Below, one piece after another: positions 12,600-25,874 of a DNA stretch of 64,000 nt. The notes below the pieces were generated by a model that had not been told where the DNA came from, did no database searches, and saw only the letters and a program-made list of their open reading frames with translations. Position 1 is the stretch's first letter. Each line of letters starts with the position of its first letter. The translations under genes and the position numbers were made by a program. The stretch is from Octopus sinensis (Eukaryota): NCBI RefSeq assembly GCF_006345805.1, contig NC_042998.1, positions 126,914,001-126,978,000 of the forward strand, given 5' to 3'.

Positions 12600-12790
12600 C
12601 TCAAGCGAACGTCGAGGATAGGAGTAAGAGCTGCATCATTACATGTGAGCTAATCATTACAGCTGAGTAGAATGAAGCAATGTTAAATGAAGTACCTTGC
12701 CGAAGGACACAACGCTTTGCCCCGGCCAAGAAGTGAACCAATGACTTTCTGAATATGAGACGAAAACCCAACCCACTATGACATGTGCTT
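12600..12790 (-). mobile_element. Degenerate SINE (family D-like)
   Basis: ttacagctgagtagaatgaagcaatgttaaatgaagtaccttgccgaaggacacaacgc is the reverse complement of the family D body at 16.5 kb. Confidence 0.5.
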
Positions 12791-13416
12791 TTTAGAGACA
12801 GAGCATAAGGTGTTTGTAAGAGACTGTTTATAGAACCACTTTTCCTGAGGGCTTAAATCAGTCAGACACTGACTTGCATATATAACGATTTCTTGGCAGC
12901 TAGTTCCATTTATAAACTGCAGGGAAGAGAGAGAGAGAGAGAGAGAGAGAGGAGAAAGGTGAGAGGGGGAGGGAAGAGAAGGAAGAGAGGGAGAGAGGGA
13001 GAGAGAGAAGTAGAGAAAATTGCTTATGGTGTTAAAGTGTATTTGTAATGGGGAGACGTTTGTAAATAAAGAGGGGTCGGAAGTAAATTTTGATTGAAAT
13101 TTAAGAGAGGGAATTAAGATAATACTTAAGAAGTGAGGCGACGACGTTTCTATATACACCAGGCAATTGAAGGTCAAACAGGCAAAGAAATTCTCAGAGA
13201 AATTGATCGACTTCAAACTGTGGAATGAGGACGATGATTTATCCTATGACGAAATTGATGTTCAAAATGAATCAGAGGAAGAAGAGGTGCTGCACAATGG
13301 CTTCAAAAGAACACTAGAAACAAAAGTAAAGATCAAGGTAAACAGAATCTATGTAACAGGGAAACAAACTGAGAAACACAGAGAAAATAGACGAGTATTT
13401 GAAGCACTAGTGAAGA

Positions 13417-13449
<33 letters not shown>

Positions 13450-13452
<3 letters not shown>

Positions 13453-13976
13453 TTTGTCACTAAGTATGATTAGCAATGTTAGAATACCTATATTGCTTGA
13501 TATAAAAGCTAAAATGCTCTAATGCGGTAGTCAAAGCATATAAACTGACAGGTACTCTAATCGACCGAAAACGTCAGTCAAGAATTCCTTATACTGATCG
13601 GTCAGTTTCGGCTATTTCCCTGTCCTCGTCCCGATTCAGTTATTTCTAGACTTAATTCTCTATCGGCATATGTGTATTCACCTTAAAAATCTATGGATGA
13701 GTTTGCGAATTGCTAATGTGTGTACAAAAATTAAATACAGACATCTGTGCACAATGTGTTACCAAAAGGAAAACTATAATTGTCACTAAATATTACTAAG
13801 GGTGTTAGAAGACCTACATTGCTAGAAACAAGAGCTAAAATGCTCTAATGCTGTAGTTAAAGTACATATTTGTATACATATATAGTGACAGGGAATGTAA
13901 TCGCCCGAAAACACCGGTGGAGAATTCCTTATATCGGTTGGTCAGTTTCCGCTATTTCCGTAGTCTCATCAGTATA
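13450..13976 (-). repeat. Two diverged direct repeats (about 13450-13640 and 13778-13976), each with a decayed hammerhead; Penelope pLTR-like
   Basis: Shared blocks ttgtcactaa, tgttagaa..cct, agctaaaatgctctaatgc, agaattccttata, ggtcagtttc.gctatttcc. Copy 1 keeps TAGCC-GAAAC-TGACCGATCA-GTA; copy 2 keeps CTGATGA. Confidence 0.7.
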
Positions 13977-13984
13977 AATATATA

Positions 13985-14345
13985 TTCTTCCATTCTTTCA
14001 CTTGTTTTACTCATTAGATTGCAGCCATACTAGAGGAATGACTTGAAGAATTTTAGTCGAATGAATCGACACCAATACATTTTTTTTTATTTGTTAAGCC
14101 TGGTACTTATCCTATTGATCTGTTTTACCGAACCACAAAGTTACAGGGACATAAGCACACTAACATCGATAGTCAAGCAGTGGTGACACACACACACACA
14201 TGCAGACAAACACACACACACATAATTCCAAAAATGGAACATGAGCGCAGCAGACGACAATTAAACATTTTTACTCAAGGTGCCACGCAATGGGACTGAA
14301 CCCGGAACCATGTGGTTGGGAAGCAAACTTCTTATCACAAAGCCA
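13985..14345 (-). mobile_element. tRNA-derived SINE family B (degenerate)
   Basis: aaggtgccacgcaatgggactgaacccggaaccatgtggttgggaagcaaactt head on the minus strand plus tail remnants. Confidence 0.7.
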
Positions 14346-14514
14346 CTCTTCCATACACACACATATATGTGTGTTTGTGTGTGTATGGGGGATGAGCGTG
14401 CATGTGTGTGTAGGTGTGCGTGTGTATATATATATGTGCATGTGCTGTGTGTGTGTGTGTCTGTGGGTGTGTATGTGTTTGTGTGTGTGCGTGTGCGTGT
14501 GCGTGTGTTAAGAT

Positions 14515-14762
14515 TCGTGCTTTGGTTGTAAGGGTGCTGCATTCACGATCTCAAGATTCCGTGAACCGCGGTATCTTGTATTCTCGAACAAATCACGTAA
14601 TTTCACGTTGCTCCAGTACCCTCACATGTAAAATGTACCTGTGCGATAGACTAGCGTTCTGTTCCTTTCAAAGAGAATGTCGGCCTGCTCACCTAACCAG
14701 CAGGGTGGCATTATTCAATAGCTACAGCAATATGGGGAAGTGCAGTCTAATTAGTGACATCT
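14515..14762 (+). mobile_element. Degenerate SINE sharing the family D central block
   Basis: atttcacgttgctccagt block shared with 16.5 kb; degenerate tRNA-like head. Confidence 0.5.
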
Positions 14763-15099
14763 AATAGTCACGTGTGTATATGTGTGTGTGTGTGTATGTG
14801 TCTTACTTGTTTCAGTCATTGAACTGCAATCATAATAGAACACCGCCATGATTTTCCATTTATCTTCTTTGAAGTATTGCAATACCAGAGCAATCCATGG
14901 TAAAAACGGCGCGAGCCTCTAACGCTTTGCCCTGTTCTAAACATCAATTCATGGCCCCGAATAGGGACCGTATCAGATACAAGGGTGATAAAAACATATA
15001 CTGCACTTTCGCTTCATGGTGAAAGTGCAATTACAAAGTGATAAAGTTTTAGAATGAGCACGAGAGGTTATGCCGAGGATGTTCTGTAATAGTTCGTTC

Positions 15100-15106
<7 letters not shown>

Positions 15107-15187
<81 letters not shown>
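15107..15187. repeat. (CA)n microsatellite
   Basis: Directly visible. Confidence 0.95.
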
Positions 15188-15189
<2 letters not shown>

Positions 15190-16480
15190 ATAGATGAAGA
15201 CGTTTCCTCACCTTTACTGTCACTTTTGGGAGTAAACGTAAAGAATCGTCATCGTATGACTGCAGCAATATAATGCGCTGACTGTGGAAGAGTCTTTATG
15301 TGCAAACTTCAGAAGCATAAATTCACATACGAACAGCATTATAATGATAAATGAGGTGAAATACGTGTTTATACCAGCTTTGATAAAAGCTATGTTTATG
15401 TCCATAGTCAGAATTCTATATTTGGTCGTAAAATTTCATGAAAATATTACTTTAGTAAATATACGTCCTTTATTTATTGAAATAGTAAGGCACATACGGT
15501 TAAAAATCTATATGTTGAATTGACATCTCTAACAGCATTTTCTTTTTATATATTTTTCCTGATTATCATGTTGAGCACTAGATAATTGACTAAACATTCA
15601 CATAGGATAACTAACGTTACAACGTATTAAATTAATATTACGACACTAAATTGATAAAATTGGTAAAATCGTGGTTGTTGTACCGCTGAAGTCACCATCG
15701 CAGCCACCATCGTCGCCACCATTGTCGTCATTGCTATCGTCTTTGTTTTGTTTGTTGGTGTTATTTCTCCTTCTCTCATTTGAAGCTCCGTTATGGTATC
15801 TATATAGCATCGAGACCTATTACAATCTCGACTCTCTCTTTGATATGCAATCTGTGTAGGTTATATTTATGTTACAGTTTTGAAATACTCCATAAGTCAT
15901 TCAAATTCTAATGCTGATAAAGCTTATGCAGAGATAAATGTTTCGCATCGATCGATACCAATAACAGAAACGATGTTGATGTAGTCCGTTACAATTCTTC
16001 TTGACTAATCCATGTCTGTGCGCTAGAATAATAACCATTTAAATCTTACGAAATTATTGCTGTTTTATTGTGAATTCATCCTCTGGGCTGGCAGATGGTC
16101 TATTGCATGTTGTTTTCCTCATGACAGGAATTAAATCTAGGACGGCAAGCGAACGAATTACTCGTAAAGTAGACTTTATTGACGCTTCTTGGAGCTTCGA
16201 ACTGGTCGCAGGGTAATATTTAAAATTTGGTGCAATGGGTAATTTTTAGATGAAGTATATTACACATACTGTTTTACTTGTCCCAGTCATTTAAATGTGA
16301 CCATGCTGGAGCTTTGTTTGTAGAGTAACCAAAACAATCTACTCCAGTGCTTATTTTATGTCTGATGCTCTTCCCAAACCGCGAAGTAAACAAACCAACA
16401 CCAGTTGTCAAATAGGGCTGGAGAGCATAAGTCACACACATACACAAATAATATATACGTGTGTGTGTGTGTGTGTGTGC

Positions 16481-16782
16481 GTGAAGGCACATGGTTCAAT
16501 GATTAGGTCGTCGGGCTCACAGTTATGAGGTAGTGCGTTCGATTCCTGGAGTGGGTTGTGTGTTGTGTTCTTGAGCTAGACGCATCATTTCACGTTGCTC
16601 CAGTCCACTCAACTGTAGAAATGAGTTGCGATATAACTAGTGGCAAGCTGTATCGGCCTTTGCTTTTCCCTTAAATAACATTGGAGAAGGGAGGCTAGTA
16701 AGTATGCGCGACTGCTGGTCTTCCATAAACAGCCTTGCTTGGACTTGTGCCTCAGAGGGGAACTTCCTAAGTGCAATCCACA
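16481..16782 (+). mobile_element. tRNA-derived SINE family D, ends at the mariner insertion
   Basis: Head gtgaaggcacatggttcaatgattagg...gcgttcgattcc; body tttcacgttgctccagtccactcaactgtagaaatgagttgcg. Confidence 0.8.
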
Positions 16783-16784
16783 TA

Positions 16785-18048
16785 CACGACGTGTACCCAA
16801 AAGAAGCCAGAATTTTGTAATATTTTATTCACTTAGTTTTACATGTTTATACGTTTAACACATTCAAAGTATTCTCAATTTGAAGCAATGCATCGGTCCA
16901 AACGCATTTTCCACTGTTCGAAGCTCCTACGAAGTGATGCCTTTTAATGCCTGCGTCGTTTCTTTCTTCACCTCTTCGACACCTGTTTTCATTCGGAGGA
17001 ACAGGAAAAAGTCGCAGTGAGCAGGATCGGGCGAATAGAGAGAGTAGGTCATGTTATTTTTGGCGAAAACTGCTTTACGCTCAAAGCGGTATGCGCAGGC
17101 GCATTGTCTTGACGAAACCACCACTCTCCACTTTGCCACTAGTTGGGGCCTTTTCGTTTAACCGCGTCTCGCAAACGCTTCAGAACTGTTAAATGTCTGG
17201 TTAGCAGTTTGATCAGAAGGAACAAATTCTATGTGGAAAATTCCTTTCGCAACGATGGAACAATGTCTCGACATTGGACTTCACTTGACGCGCTTTTGCG
17301 GGACATGTTAACATTGAATGCTTCCATTGATTGCTGCTTCGTTTAAGGGTCGTAGCCGTAACGCCAGCTTTCGTCACCAGTGATAACTTTCGGAAGAAGG
17401 TTCGGATCGACTCCCAAATGTTGTTTCAGTTCACGACACGCATACAGTCGTGACGGCTCTTGATCTTCCGTGGGCAAGCGAGACGCAAATTTTGCTGCAA
17501 CTCTTTTCATTCACAATTCCTCGCTCAAAATTCGCTGGTGTGTCCGTTGTAGGATATACCAGTCTTATTAACAAGTTCGCCAATTGTTCGGCGATGGTCC
17601 TCCAAGATCGGTTGGTTCATTAATTTTCGTGATGTTTTCATTTGATCGGGATGTCGACGGTCACCCTGAATGAGGTGGGTTTTCAATCGACAAATGATCA
17701 TTCCTAAAGCGTGAAAACCAATCGTAAACTTGTCTTTTGCTCATGGCATCATCTTTGTAAGCTGTTTGAAGTAAGACTACTGTTTTGGCCATCGTTTTCC
17801 CCAGCAAAATCAGAATCTCGTGGAAGCACGATGTTCCTTCGTTTCAGCCATCGCAAAAATTGACGAACAGGGGTGAAGCACTGCAAAACAAAGATGCACT
17901 ACGTGGCAGCACGACTTCCCACGACGGCCCCAGTTGGAAGCCTGATGCTCAAGGGTCGGATCAAGTGACTTCTACCGGTGGAAACCTGATCTACAACGGG
18001 GGCTTGCACCACAGAGAACGTTTCCAGTTGCTTTTGTGTACACCCTCG
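16785..18048 (-). mobile_element. Near full-length mariner element, transposase pseudogene (ATG at 17851)
   Basis: 1264 bp, TA both sides, imperfect TIRs (cacgacgtgtacccaaaagaagccagaa / cgagggtgtacacaaaagcaactggaa). Pieces MAETKEHR..QVYDWFSRF..SG*PSTS, MKRVAAKF, KVITGDESW.YGYDP, QDNAPAH, YSPDPAHCDFFLF; several stops and frameshifts. Confidence 0.9.
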
Positions 18049-18054
18049 TATATA

Positions 18055-18432
18055 TATATATACACGAGCAAAACGCCCCCTGTCCAATGGACGGTGCTGA
18101 GTTGTCAAATATTTAAACCAAAGTTTCTGAAAACAACTTGTCAGACCGTCCTATAGGCCTCCCCTTTGAGAAACACTGATTTAACCTAAATTTGAGACAC
18201 CAGCAAAAGGAGAAATAAAGATAGGGTTTTTTTCTATTCCAAAGAAAAACGATTTTATTCACTTTATCGATCGCATTCTCACCTGGAATCGATTTTTGTA
18301 ATTTGTCCAAGACTCATACACGCCCTGATACCGTCGGTATCTACATATCCAATTTGAGCGCAATCGGATGGAGGATGCCCGAGATCCGAGAAGACACACA
18401 CACAGACAGACAGAACGGGTTTTATATAATAG
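18055..18432 (+). mobile_element. Possible non-autonomous Helitron/Helentron-associated (HINE/DINE-like) element
   Basis: 5' hairpin gtcc-aat-ggac; 3' end ccaatttgagcgcaatcggatggaggatgcccgagat..(CAGA)n..ttttatataatagat resembles ends of such elements as I recall them. Confidence 0.45.
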
Positions 18433-18590
18433 ATACACACACACGACAGACTTCCAGCTTCTGTTCACAATATTGACTTACAAGGTTTTGTTCGTCCCGA
18501 GTCTGTAGTGGAAGTCACTTTTGTAAGGTGCCGCGCAGTTGGAGTGAACCCGAAATCACGTTATTGCAAAGCGAACTTGTCAATCATATG
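18433..18590 (-). mobile_element. SINE family B, 5' half
   Basis: aaggtgccgcgcagttggagtgaacccgaaatcacg and acaaggttttgttcgtcccgag match family B. Confidence 0.65.
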
Positions 18591-21364
18591 GTTTGTGAAA
18601 AAAATGCTGTGGCTTGAATAAAATAAATAAAGTCTAATTTTTGTATAAATGAGCACGACCCCATCCATCAACAATTTGCTATCTCTTCCATAACAACTTG
18701 GCTTTGTGCACTAAAAAGACTATCATGAACTTCGTCACGAATGGTACTTCATCCAAATTTAGTAAGAAGTCTGCTAAGTCATTTCTACCCTCATACTCGG
18801 ATTAAAATCTTAAATAATGTTTTCAATTTGGTGTATAAATGTTATTCATTTATATTCAGTCAGCTTTGATTTATTAGTTATAAACTAATAAGGGAGATAA
18901 CCACTACAGTATCTGTTTCAGATCTTAAAGTTCTGATTTCAACTACTGAGGTCAACTTAGCCGTTTCTCTTTCCGGGTCGATTTTATGATATTCCAATCT
19001 AGAGTAGTGGATTGGTGTAGTTTGTTGAGCATTGGATGAACTTCCTCTTGTCTTTGATGCGGCTAAATAAATCCAAGGGGTTTAACCGTTTTACACAGAC
19101 AAGTGTGACACACGATTTGTCCAGCCGATAAGACAATGCCTTATGAAATAAAATAAATTAGTTGAAAATAGAGGTTACAAGAAACCTAGTATGCGTTCAA
19201 CCACGAAAATTCCATGAAGAAAACATAGTTTATTATGGAAGCCACCTATGTGTCGTCCATGGAAGCGGTGATGTAGAAAGAGAGAAGACTCATGCGTATA
19301 TAGCTTCATCATATAAGTATACGCATGTTTAAAAGGTGTATGTGTGGATATGCATCTATGTTACATTTATGCACGCATTTTATGTCTATATATACAAGCA
19401 TGCTAGTGTATGTGTGTTTGTGATTACCCAAGGAAGGCACAGCCTCCCTCATGAAAGACCACATGGTTTCTGTCTATCAATTACATTAAATAAGTGGGAG
19501 ATTATTCAATATAGACAATTTTCAGACAAAATTCAAAACCATCCCGAGATAATCGTTTCCTTTCTCATTATTTTTACTCAAGAAATGTGATTTTATTTAA
19601 AATCAGTTTCAAAATGTTAATTATTTTATATAATCATATTTGTGAAGCATCATTACCTTCTCTCTCGAATTTCTATCCAGTTTTCATTAAATATTTTCTT
19701 TCATTCACTGGTTTCACCAAGAGGTTATTATTCTCTGAAATGATGGATTGTGCTTAACGTGCTATTGCACAAAAGATATCAAATATGATGGTGGTATTGC
19801 TATTATGACGTGTGGAATAATCATTCAAATATTAAAACTGTTTATTACATTGTGCTGTTTGGTTTTGTTTTAGATTCATCGGTTCATAATTTTGTTTTTT
19901 GTTTATGCATTTTATATTGTTTGTGCAATATGTGAATGTTAAAAGGCTTCTATTTTATATAAATGTGCTTTTATTCACGAGAAATAGCTGATTAATTTAC
20001 AGGTAATGAATGAAACCGGGTGTTGAATAGTTAATGACAGTTAAGATGAATAGCTACCAGATACTTAAAGTGAAATAACAAGCATTCATTGTTTGTGCTT
20101 ACAGAAGAATTTGCATAAATATACTTTGTCTAAAAGATATATAAACTATTGATGTGTTTTGTAAACATCTTAAAATTTTCATTACTATAATTTTGGAAAT
20201 CTAACGAAGTGTGAATAATTGTTAAATGATTGCTAGGACAATAACAATTTAAATAAGGATAATTTCCATAATTACTGAAATATAGATTTCTCTAAGCTTG
20301 GTACAAACTAATTTCCGTGAAGACAGGTCATATAATCGATTGATTTTTACTTCATTATATTACTTGTATTTATTCCATCGATCCTATTGAGATGAAAGGT
20401 ATCTGGTATAATAATATTTGAAAGTATCAAACGTTAAACTGTACAAATTTAGCATTTTGATAATAGGTTAAATCAGGCGATTATAAATGTTTGCTGCTGT
20501 AAATTATCTAAAATATATGTATGTTATCTCAACAGCACATGCACTTTAAATATTTTCTTTCGACAAGATAGAATGTACAGTCTTTGTAAGGGTCTGTAGG
20601 TCTATAATTGTCTTAACAGATGTTTATATATTACTGTTTCATATTGTATCGCCCACATGAAGAGGAAACCAATTATTAATCTTTCTTAATAGGATTTGTA
20701 TGCACAACAAGTGAAGTCCCGAACAAGCCGCTATAAAGAATCTAATTTGTGGTGAACAACAAGGTTTGGCAAACTAGATCAGTTAGCACAGTGAAGGAGA
20801 AGTAACCTTCTACTTTCCCTTCTTGTGTTCGTTGAGTATAAATATCCATATTTTTAATTAAGTTCGAAGTTAACTTTAGGGCTTTACATATTTATTAAAA
20901 AACACGCATTCTATATTATTATCTGGTCAACAGCCTTTTCCCATTATTCATAAATACAAATGTATCAAGTTATTTTGGTTTAACTTTGAAAGTAGACTCT
21001 TCTAATAAGGACAATAAATCATAGAATTTTCGATGTAAGCCAATGAAAACGGCTCTAAATTCGAAATATCAAAATCCCAATATAAGTCTGAAATTAAAGT
21101 TGAACTATGAGAAATAGACTGGCGTCACAATATCGGGGAGAAAAAAAAAATTTACTCACTCAGAAATTCTCAATACCGTAAATCTGTTATGTAATATTTC
21201 CTACTGTTAATTTAAAAACATCATGGTATTCTGAGAGACAGGCAAATTCTCAAGAGGAAACGTTTAGAGATCATCTTTATGCGATCCAACAGAGTTTTAC
21301 GTCACATTGAGACATCACCGCAATACACCCAATAGTATTTTTAAGCTTCAAGAAGTTAATTTAC

Positions 21365-21535
21365 GAGTGTTGGCTGGACGACAGATCAGCAGTATTTCGT
21401 CAGTCCCTACGTTCTGAGTTCAAATTCCGCCGAGGTTGTCTTTATCTTTCATCATTTCAGGGTTGACAAAATAGATATCAGTTGAGAATTGGGGTCGATG
21501 TAATCGACTTGGCCCCTCCCTTAAAAACGTTACTT
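21365..21535 (+). mobile_element. SINE family A
   Basis: tacgttctgagttcaaattccgccgagg core and ggggtcgatgtaatcgact. Confidence 0.7.
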
Positions 21536-22639
21536 TAGGCCCTTAATGTGAATATTAGGGAACACTTATGTGATGTCTAAAGATACCTTAACTAAATAAT
21601 TTATGACAATCTCGCCGTTTCAACGCAAAAAATGCCAAACTGAATTATATTCTATATTTTCTTATTCATCGCATCTTCGCCAAGCCTTTTCTTCGATGTA
21701 CTAACAATTCTGCCAGCTCACCGCCTTATATTCAACATAAATAATAACAAAGGTATTTCACAGAAAATACAGAAGAGCCGACACGGAAAACAGATCCATC
21801 AGATATTGAAGATCAATGTTGAGGAACGGATTTCACTGTGATGGGTAAGACAAATTTAAACCATAGAGAAGATGCTCTAGCATATGATAGTTTAAAGAAA
21901 GTAAAGATCCGAAAGTAAATACAAAGAAATTAGAAGACTGTCTTGTGATTTACAGTCGTAAAATTGAATTTTTCAAAACACATGTGGTGTACTGTGTAGA
22001 GTTTTCCAGTGTTTATAAGGACAGAGAAATAGAGAAAAAGCCAGGGTTAGCGGGATGGAGAGGGAGAGAAGTGGCGAACAAAGGACAAAATGATAAGTAG
22101 GCAGGTAGATAGATTAATAGACAGTATATGGTTCTGGTAGAACAAGTGCAGAGGCTGCAGCGGTTCACCATGGGAAAAACCATCATTGTGAAGGAAAAGA
22201 AAAAGAATTCTTTTTGTCTGTCATATCTAAACTATCTAGTAAACATAAGAAGATATGAACATGTTCTTGGCTATCGACACGTTTTTTAAACCATCACATC
22301 TGCTCTCAACTTCATTTATTCGCCACCGAACAAACTTTAGAAACAGTTTCGATTTAATATCATCATGTTAAAGAATATTATTCTTTTAGTTATTGAGATG
22401 ATGAAAGCAAATTGTTGCAAAATGTTACACTCGATATATTTTTATTCTGTTTCTTATATGGGATTTCCTGTTTACATTCTCTTTATTACATTGTATGAGA
22501 CTCCACACGCATATATACATACATGCAAACAGACATGCATACATGCATACGTGCATGTGTGTATGTATGCACTATTTACATGCTGTGTCTATAGAAAGGG
22601 GTGCGCCTAGGTCCTTTGCTGGTCTTCCTAAACCGATGT

Positions 22640-23040
22640 GATTCATGCCATTAATGTTCTTTTTCGAATCTTTTAAAGACAATACACGTGAAAAAGATGA
22701 GCTGATAAGAGATTCCTACGGGCCGAAATTCTCGAAAGGAAAGACTAAATATAGCGGTTAGTGAAAGACCGGGGGAGCCGAACACAACAAAGGTAATAAG
22801 AAGAGAGGTGAATAGGGCAGAAGTGCCTGTGTGAAGATGGCATGATATCTGCCAGTTCAAATGAACAGAGTCCACTAAAATAGTATTCGAAACAGTAGAG
22901 GCAAAAGAGATAGCCAAAGGCCAAAGCGTATCTTTGAATGACGAAGAACCTGATAATTGCGGTTCAGGAATAGGATCACCCAAATAAGTGATATTACTAA
23001 ACATATAATATCAAGCCGGAATATCGCACGTGTTGAAAGT
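22640..23040 (-). mobile_element. Degenerate CR1/L2-group LINE 3' coding end
   Basis: Frame-shifted translation YLGDP...YYFSGLCSFELADIMP...VRLPRSFTNRYI*SFLSRIS matches the C-terminal pattern (Y.YFHG.CS.EL...P...SFFPRTS.LWN) I recall for this group. Confidence 0.55.
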
Positions 23041-23329
23041 TTGATGATATGCTAGTCGGATATTCTATACTGGCCAGATTAAAATATGTCTTTCTGATCA
23101 TAATGATACATTTACATTTTTAGTCCTTTCTACTTTGACATATTCCTGCTCCGATAATGCCCTTCTTTACTTCTCTTTCATTTGCTACATATATGTGTTA
23201 TCCATTTGGTATATTACATAGCATTCTACGACGGTGAAGCAATGGTTCCACATATCAAGAAAATTTTTGACTGCATAATCTCACACACTATTAAAAACCT
23301 AAAAGTCGCGACCAGCTGAGAAAGTATTT

Positions 23330-23400
23330 GCGTAGTCGTTGAATATGTTATAATCAATAGCTAAATCTCCCTCAAATCAAACACTACCGTCTTAAAAGCA
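23330..23400 (+). repeat. Short interspersed repeat (family E); related copies near 26460(+), 28770(-), 49540(-)
   Basis: Shared block aatagc..aaatctccctcaaatca..c.tac.gtcttaaaa in four places. Confidence 0.45.
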
Positions 23401-25874
23401 GTCATATTAAGATATCAGAATAATACAACTGCAGATAACATTGTCATTGTTGGAATGTATTTTATCATACTACGTATTTAGCATGATAATACTATGTATT
23501 TTATCCAAAGACGAACTTAATCTCTCGATCGTCTATGTAGTGGATACTTAATTACAGCAGATCAGATCCCATTCACATCTGAGATACATACATCTATCAC
23601 AGAAGTTGAAGGACTTGGATAGACATTTTTGTGAGGAAACCAATCGCTAAATATATGCTACTACGATGTTCGACAATGAGCCATTCCATTTATGCTATCT
23701 CTTTAAAACGAGGGGGTAATAAGGCTATTGGAAAATAAGTGTATTGACCAATCACACAATACAGCGGTGTTGAAAGGAAATAACTACTGATTAGTAAGCA
23801 TTTGTAAGCTACTTGTTAATTACTCTATACACTTAGTTGTTCGTGATTCCTTTAAGCAGCAACTATCATGTGCATCTATGGCTCCCGCGAAATAACACCG
23901 CCTATTAAAAATAGATCATTATTTACTATTATTGAAATGGTAAAAATATGCCATCAAGCTGTATTCTTCAAAGGAAGCGAAAGCGATAATTGTATGAGAA
24001 ATATAAGAAACAAAACAACTTAATATAGATTGTAGATAGAATTAATTTCTCACGAACGGAAAGAGAAATATTTGTTTTTGCTTCTATTGTATGTTTAAGA
24101 ATGAGAAGGTGTCATTTCTTCTTCTCTCCTTTGTTTCCCTATTTCCCTCTTCTTGTCCTGTCCTCGACTTCCTTTTCTTCCCCTCTTACTCTTCTACTCT
24201 CATGTTCTCATACCCGTTAATGTGATGATGATGATAATAAATACCATTATTTTCTCCAACTATTTGTTTATCCTTAGTTATTTCAATTATAGTAAATAAC
24301 ACTCGTATAAAATATTTCTGTTCTTAGGTAAATCCTTCTAAAGCGTTAGGCTTCAATGTAGATAAATGTAGTCTTCTCAATCATGTCCAATTTTAGAAGG
24401 TATTCGTCTATGTCACATGCAAAATTGTTAGGTGCTTTATTGAAATATACAGGATGTTTTCACTTACGATGACTATGCTTTTTTCAGTGTAGTAGTTGCC
24501 AGTTGGTGAAGAAGTCAGAAAGAACGGAACTTTTTTTTTGAAGAACATGAACGGTGTTTTAGTTAAATACATTTCACATATCTATGTATGCGGCTTTTAA
24601 TCAATGAAAAAAAAAAGAAAACTACCGTTTGTATAAAAAAATATGACTTCGATAACTTCTACGTCAATATTTCCAACGAAGATGGATGGAAGTATATTAC
24701 AAATAAAACTGTCAAAACATAGAAGGAAATCGTGAAATAGCGAAAGTTTATAATTACAAGAAATACTCATCAGTCACCCTCACACATAATAAAACTTTCA
24801 TACACATAGATTCAAATCTAGTTACACATATTCTAAGACTAACACTAGGATATAAGGAGTCATACCTTTTCTTATCCATACTAATACACACATAGGCAGT
24901 CGCTCTCAGCAATCACGCGTATATATTGTTTCACTAAAACGCACATACACGAATATACACACGCACACAAACATGTACGCATAAAGCAGCGATTTCAAAA
25001 AAATTAAAACAACATGTAGCATCACTTTTACACAAACACCTTCAAATGTGCACAAACACACATTCACAGTTGCTATAATACACAATTGTCATAGTAAAAA
25101 CACCTTCTCACTTTTGTACACGAACAAACAATTTTTATTTTCACAAATATGCACATGGGATTGATTTCATTCGAAACTAACAATAGGGATTGCCTTAACC
25201 CACTAACTCGTCATATAGTGAACCTGCACTTAGCAAATTTAGTAAGTAGCTGCCCTTTTTACATAAACAGAGAAGAGTAGTTGAATTTATTGCTGAAAAT
25301 TAGCGAAACATTTGTCACTTTGTGCCTCTGTTTACATGGTGAGTTGTTCCTACTCTAAGGTATCTGTTCCCGGACAGAACAATTCCAACAGAATAAAGTA
25401 TGCGCACTGCTTTCTATGCTATTTCGAAAAAAACAAAAATGTTTGACAATGAAAAGCTGAACCCCTGGAAGCAAAATATATGATTGTGAGCATCAGGTTA
25501 CCAAATAAACATTACTTATGTTAATTTATGATTTTTAGTCTCACTCTTGCAGATGTATGAAAACTTTCTAGTTGTTTTCGAGCTGTCGAGTAGTTTTCAT
25601 TTAAAGTTGCAGTGTTATCAGCAAAGGTTAATGTAGTAAGTTCTATAACAGGAAATTTATGGGAGAAGTGTTGGACAATTTTCACGTAAATTATATTTTC
25701 CTCGTTAATGAGAATCTAACCAGATACTGCGTTAGTTTGATGGAAGTGTTCAGTTCGTAATGTATTGGAGCCAATAGCAAAGGCGGATTGACCAATGTCG
25801 GGAAAAGATATTTTACGTTCACAATATCTCTTGTTGAAAAGGTAAAGGATGACAAAGAGAAAATAAAACCTCTA

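Noticed and set aside
21764-21844. 81-nt AG..GTAAGA-bounded exon candidate
   Set aside because: Stops in all three frames and weak polypyrimidine tract.
22651-23004. 117-aa hydrophobic ORF resembling a membrane-protein exon
   Set aside because: An alternative frame matches a CR1/L2 LINE C-terminus.
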